Positions 1-13,100 of a stretch of 64,000 nt of DNA are shown piece by piece (positions within the stretch are counted from its first letter, which is position 1; each line of letters opens with the position of its first letter). Below the pieces are notes generated by a model, which saw only the letters and a list, made by a program, of their open reading frames with translations, was not told where the DNA came from and searched no databases. Source of the DNA: Ramazzottius varieornatus (taxonomy: Eukaryota > Animalia > Tardigrada); assembly GCA_001949185.1 (NCBI GenBank), contig BDGG01000005.1, forward strand, positions 682,001 to 746,000, in the 5' to 3' direction. The position numbers were made by a program, and so were the translations under genes.

Positions 1-42
1 CATAAACGTTTGGGAGTAAGTAGGACAAAACAGGCAAACTTG

Positions 43-114
43 GACGGCTAACTTTACAAACCCATTATAAGACGGCTAACTTTACAAACCCATTATGAGA
101 CGGCTAACTTTACA
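43..114. repeat. 28-bp tandem repeat, ~2.6 copies (GACGGCTAACTTTACAAACCCATTATRA)
   Basis: Units at 43-70, 71-98 and a partial unit at 99-114 are directly visible. Confidence 0.9.
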
Positions 115-873
115 TCCTTTCCCTTGTAGATGAGGCGAGGTGTGCGAAGCGGTGCCGGTTGATTTACGGTGCGGATAGCCGAGATCAGAAAAGATTCTAG
201 TCTTTACTTCCTGGAGTAAAACGTACCAGCGGGTCCCGCGCTGAACTCGCGGACGGACATTGGTATTGCCGAATCTCGACGTGATTAAACTGACACAGCA
301 TGGCTTTCATTGCTGTTTTTAGCGCCACCAAGGTTGTTCCGGAACAAAGCATGGAACGTAGCCGAGATCGCCCGGTCCGACGGGTCGACACCAGGATCAA
401 ACGAGGTTCAAGAACTCAACCGAGCTCTGTCTTCGAAACTAGGCTTTTGGGGCGAAATGCGTCCAGATTTTATTCAGACATTTCATATTTCTTTTTATTG
501 CGAAGAACCGTTGTCCAGAAGTTCGGGAGCAGATTCGGGATCTCTATCAACCTGTATACCCTCTACGAAGGACGCGGTTAAGAAAAAAGTCATCAGCCAC
601 GCACTCAAAAAGGCTGCTTCCTTCCATTAATCTTGATTTGCGGAGTTCAATTATACGCAGGTTCTAAAGAAGTAAAACTACTCCATAAATGATCTCGAAG
701 CTTCTCATAACGTTGAGAAATTTCGATGAGGACAGTGGCGCGGTTCATTCACCTCACCAGAAACTACTGATTTGGCCGCAAGCTTTTAGGGTCTGCTCAT
801 ACAAAGCCGTTTGTACGACGTAAACAAACGTACGTACAAACCACCGGATTGCAACGCAATGTGCCAAATTGCC

Positions 874-990
874 ATTGGTCCACGTGGGGTACTGGCCACG
901 CCTTCCAACGTGGCAATCCAGGAGTGGCCTTGTGACGTCGGAGCTACGCCATCGACCATCGGCCCCCTGTTTAAATTGTCCTTGACGTGG
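874..990 (+). promoter_or_regulatory. Unfolded-protein-response elements upstream of BiP (ERSE-II and UPRE)
   Basis: ATTGG-T-CCACG at 874-884 matches the ERSE-II consensus ATTGG-N-CCACG. TGACGTGG at 983-990 matches the UPRE/XBP1 consensus. Further CCACG/ACGTGG cores lie nearby, 200-300 bp before the BiP ATG. Confidence 0.65.
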
Positions 991-1187
991 CTGTATTTTC
1001 CCCATTTCACCACATAGACACCGACATTTCTGACCGACTGTCCTGTGTCCTCCAGAAGTTTCCATCGTTTCCCGTTTTTATTTCTGTCGAAATAGAATCG
1101 TCATCGTCTAGGAAACTCTGTAGAGAAGTTTGTTAGAACGGAGTATACCGTACCGTGTTTTCCCTTTCAGATTTCCCTTTGACCAAG

Positions 1188-3987
1188 ATGTGGAGAACGT
1201 GTCGGAACATTGGAGTTATCCTCCTTGGACTTTTCGTCCTATCCACCTTCGCCGCGGATAAGAAGGCGGACAAGGCTGAAGACGTGGGTACCGTAATCGG
1301 TATCGATCTCGGAACGACCTATTCCTGTGTCGGAGTGTACAAGTAAGTCAGCATTGAAAATGTCATCCAGATGGGATTGGAAACTGGGGATGTTTGAACT
1401 TAGTTGATTGACGTTAAATTTGATCAACAGGAATGGTCGCGTGGAAATTATCGCCAATGACCAAGGAAACCGCATCACCCCGTCCTACGTTGCCTTTACT
1501 AGCGAAGGAGAACGTCTAGTGGGAGATGCTGCCAAGAATCAGCTGACTTCCAACCCAGAGAACACCGTTTTTGACGTGAAGCGGTTGATCGGTCGCGAAT
1601 GGAACGACCAGAGTGTGCAGGCTGACATCAAACACTACCCCTTCAAGGTGGTCAACAAAGGTGGTAAGCCTAACGTGGAAGTGTCCGTGTCGGGCAGCAA
1701 GAAAGTCTTCACCCCCGAAGAAATCAGCGCCATGATCCTGGGGAAGATGAAGGAGGTGGCCGAGGCTTATCTGGGTAAGGCTGTGACCCACGCCGTCGTC
1801 ACCGTCCCTGCCTACTTTAACGACGCACAGCGTGCTGCCACCAAGGACGCCGGTACCATTTCTGGCCTGCAGATTATGCGAATCATCAACGAACCCACCG
1901 CTGCCGCTATCGCTTACGGTTTGGACAAGAAGGGAGAGAAGAATATCCTGGTCTTTGATTTGGGTGGTGGTACCTTCGACGTGTCGCTTCTGACCATCGA
2001 TAACGGCGTCTTTGAAGTGGTGGCTACCAACGGAGATACCCATTTGGGTAAGTTAGTCTGGCATAATGCGATTAGCTGTGCATATTTAGCAGTGCGCACG
2101 AGTCAGAAAAGAGTGTAAATGGTGCGCATTAGATGTGCAGCGCTGGCTCCGCCCATTGCTGCAAATATTGTGCACAGCCAATTAATTTGTATACCCATTT
2201 TCGGCACGGTTAACGTGCTGGGGTTGTACTTGCTGCAGGTGGTGCCACGTTGCTTATCAGTCATCTAACGTGTGGTTCTTCTTGTTTCCAGGTGGTGAGG
2301 ACTTTGATCAGCGTGTTATGGAGCACTTCATCAAGCTGTTCAAGAAGAAGCACGACAAGGATATACGCAAGGATGCTCGTGCTGTCCAGAAGCTCCGTCG
2401 TGAAGTCGAGAAGGCTAAACGCGCCCTCAGTAGCCAGCATCAAACCAAGATCGAAATTGAGTCCTTGTATGATGGTATCGACTTCAGCGAAACCCTCACC
2501 CGCGCCAAATTTGAAGAACTCAACATGGTACGAATATTCCAGAAGAATTCAGAAAAAAGCTTGACTCGACAAGATTGTTTTCCTCAGTGGCGCACCTTTC
2601 CAGTATTTTTGGCCGAATGTGTGCGCCGCTTGGGAAGCGAGATCGTTAAGTTCGTTAGCCTGGGGCTAAAATAAACTGATCTTTCTCTCTTTCATTCTGA
2701 TTTTTGTTTGCTTCGTAGGATCTCTTCCGCTCGACTTTGAAGCCCGTCCAAAAGGTTATGGAAGATGGTGACATGAAGAAGACCGATGTCCATGAAGTCA
2801 TCCTCGTCGGAGGTTCCACCCGTATCCCCAAGGTCCAGCAACTCGTCAAGGATTTCTTCGACGGCAAGGAGCCTTCGCGCGGTATCAACCCTGATGAAGC
2901 CGTGGCCTACGGTGCTGCCGTCCAGGCTGGTGTCTTGGGCGGAGAACAGACCGAGAACGACATGGTCCTGCTCGACGTCAACCCACTGACCCTCGGTATC
3001 GAGACTGTCGGAGGTGTCATGACCAAGCTCATCACCCGCAACAGCGTCATCCCCACCAAGAAGAGCCAGATTTTCAGTACCGCTGCCGACAATCAGCCCA
3101 CCGTCAGTATTCAAGTCTTTGAAGGCGAACGACCCATGACCAAAGATAACCACCAACTGGGCAAATTCGACTTGTCCGGAATTCCACCTGGTATGTGAGG
3201 TCGTTTAAAATTTTCTGTGAGATCTTTCCTATTCGAGATCAGACGAATAAAGAACCGAACCAAACATTTCATGAATCTTTGGCACAGAACTTCGCCATTG
3301 CTGTGATCAGTTATTATATACGGCACAGCTGATCGGGTCCGCTACCCCAGACAAGGCCGTGCCGTAAAAGTATTCATTTTATTAATGCTTTTTTGGTCCT
3401 CGACTTGTTATTGGATCGGTTTTTGTCCTTTGTCTGCATCAGTTGTGCGATCCTAATTGCGTTTTGATATTTCAGCTCCTCGTGGTGTGCCTCAGATCGA
3501 AGTTACCTTCGAAATCGACGTCAACGGTATTCTCCACGTGTCAGCCGAAGACAAGGGAACCGGTAACAAGCAGAAGATTACCATCACCAACGACCAGAAC
3601 CGTCTCAGTCCCGAAGACATCGAGCGCATGGTCAAGGAAGCCGAACAGTTTGCTGAAGATGACAAGCTGGTAAAGGAGCGCGTTGAGGCCCGTAACGAAC
3701 TCGAGTCCTTCGCTTACTCACTCAAGAACCAGATTGGTGACAAGGAGAAGCTCGGTGGAAAGCTCACCGATGACGACAAGGAAACCATCGAGAATGCCGT
3801 CAACAAGGCCATCGAATGGTTAGAGAAGAACGCAGATGCCTCGGCTGAAGACTTCAAAGAGCAAAAGAAGGAACTTGAGTCGGTGGTACAACCCATCACG
3901 TCCAAGCTGTACGCAGGTGCTGGCGGAGCCGGTGGCGAAGGAGCAACACCAAGTGACGAAGACGAGTCATCTCGAGACGAACTCTAA
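1188..3987 (+). CDS. HSPA5: ER Hsp70 chaperone BiP/GRP78; exons ~1188-1342, 1431-2047, 2292-2527, 2719-3190, 3476-3987
   Basis: Signal peptide, then [38 protein letters not shown] and [11 protein letters not shown]-type Hsp70 signatures. C-terminal RDEL ER-retention signal. GT-AG introns join the exons in frame. Confidence 0.98.
2564..2655. repeat. Family A inverted-repeat element in BiP intron 3 (core 2584-2632)
   Basis: ACTCGACAAGA...TCAGTGGCGCAC-N25-GTGCGCCGCTTG. Confidence 0.8.
3319..3366. repeat. 48-bp inverted-repeat cassette in BiP intron 4 (third arm type)
   Basis: TACGGCACAGC-N26-GCCGTGCCGTA; 10 of 11 arm positions are complementary. Confidence 0.6.
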
Positions 3988-4505
3988 ACTAAAGATTTTC
4001 AGAAAGAACAGCATTTGACCAAATCTCTTTCCGGGGTACTTTGTGTACGTCTGTTTAACACATACACCAACATACCAAGCCAGTTTAAGTTTCATTTTTG
4101 CGGAAACTTCTTTTGTGATCCTCCTCCTGTTCGCTTTTTGTTTACCTATGGTTTTCATTTCTGTTATTAAGAATGATAGACATTACATATCTCCTAATTT
4201 AAGTATGACAAATGGTTAGCGTTTTATTTTGTGAAACTCATTTTTGATCACGGTATGCAGGTTGTGCAGAAAAGAAACGCAGCTGTAGAATATTCTCTGA
4301 TTTCTATCCCGGTATAAGTTTCCGTCCTACTGAAGGCTGGAAAACAGACTGTGCTGATCACGAATCTACATACTGCGACCCATGTATTTGGTATGGTATA
4401 TATGTAGATATGGATGTGCGCGCCAGTCGTTGATTCTTTTCCCTTCTCGGTATCGGAAATTGATCCCAGGGATCCACCCGTCTATTTGGTGTTTCACGTA
4501 CGGTA

Positions 4506-5350
4506 TCACGATTTGTTTATGTAACCGGTGTCACTGACACATATAATATTGGTTTTGGTAAGGGTAGCTTGTTTACAGTTTGGGTGGGGATTTTCGAGAC
4601 GATACCAGCTCGGCCCACGGACTTGCGTGTACAGTACCCGCTCTTCCGGGTTTATCCACAAGTATAAATCCCAGTTCTTATCAGTGGCGACCACTCGACC
4701 ACCATCGTACACATCGACGAACTGTATCTCCGTACCGTCCGGTGTCGGTTGCTCCGTCCAACCATCTTCATCCCAGTGAAGAACTTGCGATTGACGATTC
4801 ACAGCCCATAGATCACCGTCGATTCCGCCGGAAACCCATATTGCTTCACCTACAAACACGCCACGTAGCATTCTCACGGACCGACTTATGTAAACGATAA
4901 CTTCATCGTACCTGTAAAATTTTGCCAAGTGTCATTTGTAAAGTGCCATATTACGTCAGCGGCGTCTACGCCAATTGCTTCTGTATCCGTTATGGCGGAA
5001 ATCATCGTCAAGTTTGCTCCCGGAATAATTGCCCAGGTTTTATTCGTACTGTACTTCCAGACATCCCCGTTGACGGCTACGGCCCATACGGAGTCGTCTT
5101 CAGCCACTGCGACGTTGTGAACTCGAAGGTTATCAGCCTTTACCCAAATCCAGTCGTGAAGACCCCAGACCCAGCGCCATAGCTCCTTCTCATTCGTCAC
5201 GCACCAAATATTGTCCGAACGGGCTGCGATCTGTCCGCAAACGCGCGGCATGCGGTCCCATATTTGGGAAGACACCCCGCTTATTCCGATCAAAAATAAT
5301 AGGTAGCAGATAATCTTCGATAAGTTGTGTCTATAGGCAGGGAACCTCAT
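4506..5350 (-). CDS. Secreted tectonin/fish-egg-lectin-like beta-propeller protein (~260 aa; intron 4850-4911)
   Basis: Hydrophobic N-terminus (IICYLLFLIGISGVSS). Repeated W-rich blades such as IWCVTNEKELWRW, VWAVAVNGDVWKY..W..IPG and LWAVNRQSQVLHW..DGW. A 62-nt GT-AG intron joins the two ORFs in frame (FTG|EAIWVSG). Confidence 0.7.
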
Positions 5351-5785
5351 GGTGTGACGAGAGGAGAAGCTCAAGTACCGCAAAGTCCGCCGGACTACGA
5401 CGGAGACTTCTTCCTTGACGTCCCGAAGGTGCTTACGGTTGCAGAATAATGCGAGCAATGCGCTCGCGTCCAATATGAAAAGAATATCAGTCAAGCATGC
5501 CGACCACCACCATAGCACTCAGAAAGCGAATGCTGTTTATTTGTGGGTTAGAATAATAATACACCTGGATATCGACACCTCGGGGGACTGCAAGCCTGGC
5601 ACGACACGCTGGTATTACGAGAATGGCTCTACTGAAGTCATAATTGTGAAAAGGTGGGACCCTCGCGTCGCCGTATTCAGGCTTGTGTACATAAATTTGA
5701 ATGTGCCATGTCGCCAGCGGGGAAAATGCCCGCGGTGTTCATGATCGTAGGAACAACAGCGGCTATCAAAGAGACGAAACCCATT

Positions 5786-6531
5786 TCAGTCTACTGCCTT
5801 ATACTTCACAACATCCTCCTGGTGGGTCCTGTCCACAGCTTTGTACTTTATGACGTCATCCTGATGGTATCCGTAGCTCGTTTGGTCTGCGACTTCGGGG
5901 ACGTTGCGGTCCAAGACAGCTTGCTTAAAGCCGGCATGAGGAGTTCCTGCAATGGGAACACGTCGATACTGTACGAGGTACTGTATCCTCGTCTTACAGA
6001 GACAAGATCCTGCGACTCCACAGGTTCTCTCTACAGCTCGGTTTGTACCTTCGTATCTTCCGCCCCAAGCGCACTTCCGCTCACAAACTGTGCCAACGCA
6101 TCTTGCAGGTTGTCGACAGCGGTATTGGTAGTTTGAGTGGAACTTGCATTCAGCGATACGGACCCGTTCATTGCGGTTTGTCCACATCTCGTTGGGGATG
6201 ATTCCTGATCGAATAACAAACAATAGCGATGTTACGGCACATCCGGGCTTTCGGTTCTTGAATCTACAACAAAAATCTTCAGAACCTTACCATCGCTTAA
6301 AATCCAGTGGTTTCTGGCCAGCATCCTGTTCCAGGCTGTACATTCGTAGAAGCGATCGCCATAATATCGGCAATAGGCCACAACGGATTTGTTCTGCTGA
6401 TCCTCCGAATTATAGCGGTACGTTGGGTCGCACCCCACAGTATCGTATGTTTGTCTCTTGTCCCGACTACATTCCGCAAACAGAACGGAAGCAAATGCTG
6501 CTAAAATAACAAAAACGAAAGAACGGATCAT
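5786..6531 (-). CDS. Secreted cysteine-rich orphan protein (~220 aa; intron 6205-6290)
   Basis: Signal peptide MIRSFVFVILAAFASVLFA, RDKR basic site, many cysteines, in-frame GT-AG splice (LSD-G|IIPNE), and a duplicated C-terminal HQ(D/E)DV(I/V)KYKAVD. Confidence 0.7.
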
Positions 6532-7116
6532 TTTCCCAGTTTTCCGTCAAGATGATTGAAACTTGGAAAGAAAACAGACCGGAAGTGCCGATTATCTTAC
6601 CCCAACTGCCCACACTGAATGGATAGGGCTTCGATAAGAAGCATTCAACGCTAACGCGACTATTTCCGCAAAGATCTTGGAAGATAAGGATCTTCCAATT
6701 TCCAAGCGTGGGACTTCGTCATTCCGGTAGCAATGTACTTCGGACATTAAAAGCGCAATCGGCTTACGTCATCCTCGTTACGTGCGAGAACCCAGTGCAT
6801 ACAACGACGCACCCAGCACGAAGTTGGAACGAACCAGCCCAAAAACATTACTGTTATTTGAGGCAAGAAACTATAATAATTGAGATGAATTCTGAATACA
6901 ATTGGATAAGTTCGAGCAAGTTAAGCCGAGCTGCAACAAAAAAGAGAAACACTTTAAACTTTGCAAGGACGGCATAAGGAAGAGCCAGAAAAAAATCTTC
7001 GAAATTAAACTCGAGAGGTCCGACAACTACAGTATAGAACACTGAAAAAGCAAAGTCTCCTACTACAAAGCTTCGAAGATTTAAATAAAAACAATCTATT
7101 TCAACGTCAAGCTTCA

Positions 7117-10100
7117 TCAAACACCAGCCTGGCCTCGCACTTGTTGCCACTTGGCGTTGGTAGTTTTCAGTCGGAGTACCGCACAGACAACCACGCTGGC
7201 CGACTTGAACGTCAGCTTCTTCCGCTGTTCATTCAGGACTCCTGTCGCCGGTGTGCGTCGCATCGATGCTGGCCGGATACCATCCAAGGCAATTTTCTTA
7301 CAAAACTCATCGGTACTGTTTATGATTATATCGTCGATCAACGTAATTAGGTACCGCTTTTGGTGGACGAGGTTTTTCCTGTAGGACTCTGCCCGCAGAC
7401 ACTTGGTCTTCCACATGTTTCGGTTCACATCGACCTGCTCGTCATTATCCTTCTTCCACATGGTCAAGATTCTTTCACGCTCATACTGTGCATCTTTCTG
7501 CCTCAGTTCACCTAAAAAACCACGTAAGAATGAAAATCACCTCATAGAGCATTTTACACATCATGTGGATGTTCAAAAACCAGCCCTCATCCCTCATCAC
7601 ACACTTGCATACAGCCCAAAGGTGAGACGTTAACGTCTTGATGTATGCAGGAGGTTGCTGACAGTTTCAGAAATGACCACTGTTTTCTCGAGCACTTGCG
7701 GACAAAGCCATGATGGTAACTAAGCTAACCCAAGTATGCAGGTACGTGATGAATTGATGCTGATTACTCTTTTGTCGCTTTGGGATATCTAAACGGAAAA
7801 TTGGCTCACCTTTAACTCTGACCAGTTGGACTTCCGTTTCCCGCAGTTCCTTCTGCAGTCGCTCTCTTTCCTGTTCTTCCCTTTCTCTGCCAGCTTGTTC
7901 GATCTCCAGTCTCAGGTCCCTCTGACGGTATCTGGCATGTAGCTCAGCAAGTTCCGCTTCGGTCTTCTTCAGTAACGACAACAGAAGGTCCTTCCCTTGG
8001 TCGGCCATTTGGTCTTCTTTCTTCAACATCTCCAGTTCGCCTCTAAGGTCTTCGTTTTGCGCTTCCATATGTCTCAAAGCCATTTCCAGCGAGTCTCTGG
8101 TCAAAACTAGCTGGTTGATGTTCTCCCGGAGGAAGTCAATCTTACCCAGCAGTTGCTCCCGTTCGGCATTGAAGTTTTCTTTGTTCTCGTTGTGTCCATT
8201 TTGCTGGAAGACTGCAGAAGTTGTGAGGTTCAGTTGGTTCGATGCCCTAAGAATGGCTTCGCTTCCGGTACGCAGGTCTTTCAAGGCATTCTTGAGGGTC
8301 TCCGACATGGACGTGTTCATGATAGAATCGTCCATGCCGATGTCGTCACCACTTGCTGGAGAAACATCCCTTGTAGACTTATCCGGTGTAGCTGAAAAAT
8401 GATGCACAAAAGTTAAGAAAGGCTAGAAGAATAATGCTCAGTCTCAGTTCATAAACTGGGAGCTCGTCAGATCATGTTTTCAGGTGGCGCACTCTCCAAA
8501 TTGATATCCTTCCAATCGTGCGCCACTTGGGAACGATCAGGTCGAGTTTGTTTGCTGAGCTCCCGATGAAATAAAGTCTTATATTTTCGCGATTTTCCGC
8601 TCGCAAGTTTTTCTGCTTTTAAACATGAAGATGAAAAAAGAAAATCAACATTACAGATTCAACATGGCTAGCCTTAGTATTCGAACTCATACTTTGGTGT
8701 TGGAGGACTGAAAGACTTTCTTGAATAATTCGGTGGATCTCATCGACATGAGTTTTCTCCATATCTCGGATCTTGCTCTCGTATTTGCTGATGAGACTCT
8801 TCGAGTCACCGTTCAGAACAGAACGAGGCATGAAAGACGTTGAGCCTTCGTCACTGGAGGAAGAAGCTCCGGACTGGTGGAGATGGCGAATGGTCGTTCG
8901 GTACTTGTTCTGGGTCTTGCCGTGTCGGTCGTTCAAAGAGGCCAGCTCCAGAGCCATGGCTTCGATCTGATTCTCCTTTAGCACGATGGAATGCTCCAGC
9001 TCTCTCGTGGTGGCTTTGAGGCCGGTCAACTCTGTGAGCACCTCGTCGATGTCTGGGACGGGAAGGTCGGTCTGGGCTTCCTCGTCGGCGATCTCCGTTA
9101 TCTTCAACGACGGAACTAAAAAATCACAGAATAATCATGTACATCCTTTTTGGGAATCTAACATTCTTCACATTTCGACAAAGATACTCTTACACACACC
9201 ATTCACTTACCGGCTTCTGGAATATTGCCGCCACTCACAATGATCACCGATGACGTCAGAATATGCTCTGCAGAAAGACGGACAAAATTAAAACTTCCAG
9301 AATGCTTTTGAAGCTTGAAATGATCTTTACTGGGTTTTTCTTACCCGATTCTTGGTTGATTTCGGGTTGAACATCGGTCTGGACTTCCGCGCTGGTGAAG
9401 AATCTCTCATCGGCACCAACCGCAGCGTCTTTCCCACCGCTACTTTGCACCTTCACTTTTTCGTTCTCTGCGATGGTCAGCGTACGGTCAGCTTGCTCAA
9501 TCGTTTCCGCCTGTTTTCCAAAGAAACTATCATCGTGGATGACCGGGAGCTCGATCTCGGTTTCGGTTTGCACAGAGCAGTCTTCGAGGTTGGTCTTGTT
9601 GAAGGACTCGTCCATAGAAGCTTCCAGTAGGTCCCGAAGGTGCGATATCTCCGCGTCCTTGTCTTTCAGCAACGGCTCAAATATCTCCACAGACCTGTCG
9701 GGAGCGTTGCGAAGTACGTCAACTTCTTCTCGAAGGGATGAGTTGGCAAGCTCCATCTCTTCCAGCTGACGGGCTAAGCTGGAGGAGTTGTCGTTGAACT
9801 GTTTCTGGATGGCTTTCATGGCCGCATCCTTCTGCATCGTCTCACTCTTCATGATGTCTAAAACGGAGACAAACTGATGGAAATTGTTGAGCGAACAAAG
9901 CAACAGACTCGAAGGAGGAGCGGACCAACCGATGAGAACGGGTAGGTCCACCTGCAGAATAATGCGGTCTACCACAAACCTGCATACATCCTAATGTGCA
10001 CTTTGTATGACACTCATGTATGCAGGTTCGTGAAAAGAGCGCTGTCAGTCTCAGCAACCAGGCTTTCTCATCTCCCGAATCTAAGCATAATATTGTTGAT

Positions 10101-13100
10101 GTACCTATTAGGTTCTTGAAGCTTTGAGCTTGGACACTCTTATCTTGTGCGATGAGCTCAGTTTGCTCTAGTCTCTTCTTGACTTCCTGAAGCTCTTGCT
10201 TCATTCGTCCAAGTTCGCCAAGGTCGTTGTTCTTTTCTGACAGTTCCTTCTCAAGCTCAGCAATTCTGGCCGACTTCTTCGCCAAGTCATCCTCCCAGCT
10301 CTTTTGTTGTTCTTCCCAAATCTCCGCCGTGGTTTCCATCTCTTCAACCAGTGCCTGGTTCTTCTGCTCGAACTCACCCATTCGTTTAGAGATGTCGTCG
10401 TTGACGGAGACTTCTCGAGTAAGATCGAGTTCGTGGTCTTTTTCGTCCAGGGAATGCTTGAGAGAGTCGAGATCCAAGCGAGCTTGGACGAGCTGCGATT
10501 CTTGCTGTTCTATTATCCGATGACAGCCGTCCACTTCTCGCTGCAGGTAGTTGACCTGTGCTCTCAGGTCTTCCACCATTTCATCTTCCCCAAAACTGAA
10601 CTTCGCGTTATCAACCTACAAAAAACAGATTTGTACATTAGTTACGGCTGCGAGTAATTGGAAAGTGTTGCAAGTGTTGCAAGATGCATTTACCAGGTCG
10701 GCAACCAAAAAATCATCGACTGCATGAACCTGCAGACTTGTTCACCGTAGCAGACGCACAAGTCAATGTATGCAGGTAAAAGATCTGGCGTCACAACTTT
10801 CCCTCTCATCTCATTTTTTCTACGTTTATTCCAGGTTGTAGAATTTTCTGGACAAAATTATGAAATAAGTATTGACTTGGAATTGAGTCTGACTGAAGAA
10901 CCTCACCTGTTGTCGTAGGTGAGCGATATCTAAATCTTGTTGCTCGATCTGCTGCTGAAAGACTTGGCAGTCCCTAATTGCTCGCTGCTCGTTATGTCTG
11001 ACCCTCTCCAGCTCCGTCTGGAGATCTGTCACTCGTCTATCCCTCTCCGCTTCGTTTATCCGGTTCCGCGCTTCCAGTTCGTCTTTCAAGTCCATGATCT
11101 GCTGTCGCAGATCGTCGAAACTCATGAAGAAGTCATCCGTTAGCGTTCGTTCGGGCGAAGGGGAACGCAAGAATCCACTCAGTTCCAGCTTGAGCTTCTC
11201 CATCTGCCGCTGATTCCGTTGTTCCTGAAAAACCAAACCACTCAATCAACACCGCATTGGGAAGACTGGAAGAGCGAAAAACAAAGCCAGAGAAGTAACG
11301 AACCTGATTTCTTTGGTCGTTCAGCTGTTTCTCCAGTTCGTTCACAACTTCTTCTCTTTGTCTCAGCAGGTCTTCCTTCAGCTGCAAGTTTTCACTCAAA
11401 GCCTCTTTGCCTTTCACCAAACTCTCAGTGTGTTCCATGGCGGACCGCAACTGACTTTCGAGGTCTTCAGAGATCTGTTTCAACTGTAGAACTCTCTCTT
11501 GGTGTTTCTCATTCTCCCTCCACGAGTCTTCGACCGTCTTGACCAGCTTCAGATACTCTTCGCGTTCCGACTCGCGGTCCGCGCTAAGTTCCTCGATGAA
11601 GCGCTTGTCTGCTCTGGTCTTCTCCGTCAACCTCTGCACTTGCTGTGTTAGATCGTTGATCGAAAGCTCTAAGGTATTCTTCTCTTTGAGAAAGTTCTCT
11701 TGCATGGTGGAAATCTGTGTTTCGTGGGCGGATCTCTGCGGGTCTGCTTCGGGTACTTCGGTGTGGGGAGCCCGCACAGGTCGCGACAGTTTCTGGACCG
11801 AGACCTGGATCTCCTCCATGACACCCTTGACGTACATGTCGTCCGTCCAGTCGTCCGACGTTATCACCTCTTCCACGTAGTTGTAGAAGGTGTTCAGACC
11901 CGGAGTCTGCGTCGTGTCGGTGGGTGGTTCACTCTTCATGTCTGACAGTTTATGAAGCCCGTCGCGCACCGCTGACAAAATTTTCTTTGTCCGTTCCTCC
12001 GAAGCTAATCTGTAAAATACACACACGTTCAACCAGCTGGTAAACTTTTATCTCCCGCAAAATATTGCATGGTTTATCGACACAAGATATCTCGCAAGTC
12101 AGTCAACCAACACTTTTCGGAATAATTTCAGGCCAAATTTACCCTGAATTCTTTGTGCTATTTCTAAGTACAAAATCATAACATTTGCTTCCACGGGGTT
12201 TTAAAAAATCAGTACAACCATGATATCTGCCAAACAGCCTTTCCACTGAACCTAGAGAAAATCGAATAAATGGGTTGTCACTTTTCTCGAGTAAATAATT
12301 TAATTACGATCCACTGGCCGCATACAGAGAAAAACAGCAGCTGGCTCGTCCATCAAGTGGACATGGACGACATGGGTTGTTTGCTGAAAATATTACGGAG
12401 CGAGGCTTACTTGTCCATTTTTAGCTGGGCAACATCTTTCATTATGGTGTCATTTTCCGCTTCGAGTCGTCTGGCCACCTTTTCGCGCTCATCACATAAC
12501 TCTTGAAGCTGCAACAAGACAAGAAGACCATTGGTCAAATATTATGAGCAAGAGAGAACAGTCCGTACAGAATGGTTCGATTCGAGTTTGAGAATGTTTA
12601 CATCTGCAGATAAGAGGCTGCATTGTCAATGTCGCACAAGCAACAGCGACCAAAAGTCTAAAGTGCCCTACTAAGCCGTCGCAGGCGGTCAAACGCTTCT
12701 CAATCATCGTTTGCGAACTTTGCGGTGTAAATCACATATGCAAAGTTTACACGCAAAAATATACAGCTGGCGGCGTTCCCCATCAAGAATGTTTGAAAAT
12801 TTACACTGTCATTCAGATGTTCAACAGCACCATCAAAACTTCGAAAACTTCCCGCTATGATGGAAAAAAGTCCTGTCAATACAAACTCACAATTGGCGCT
12901 TTATTTCTACTAGTCAAGTACCTGCATACACAAACTGACATTCTTACAGTTAAGTCCTTGTATGCAGGTCGGTGATACTTACAGAGACTTTTACTTTTCG
13001 GTGAAATCCTATCATAAATGTTTGTTCGATCGTTAAACGGCGGAACACAACTTTGCGAGAAGGACCATCATGTCCGACGAACACAATAGTTTATTCCGAA

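Noticed and set aside
100-630. Possible minus-strand gene start diverging from BiP
   Set aside because: Plausible splice signals exist near 200-226, but there is no recognisable product and the region is truncated by the window edge.
1516-3156. Long antisense ORFs opposite BiP, and likewise opposite SDHB, tubulin, ATG9 and CBF-beta
   Set aside because: These are shadow frames of codon-biased conserved genes with no independent motifs.
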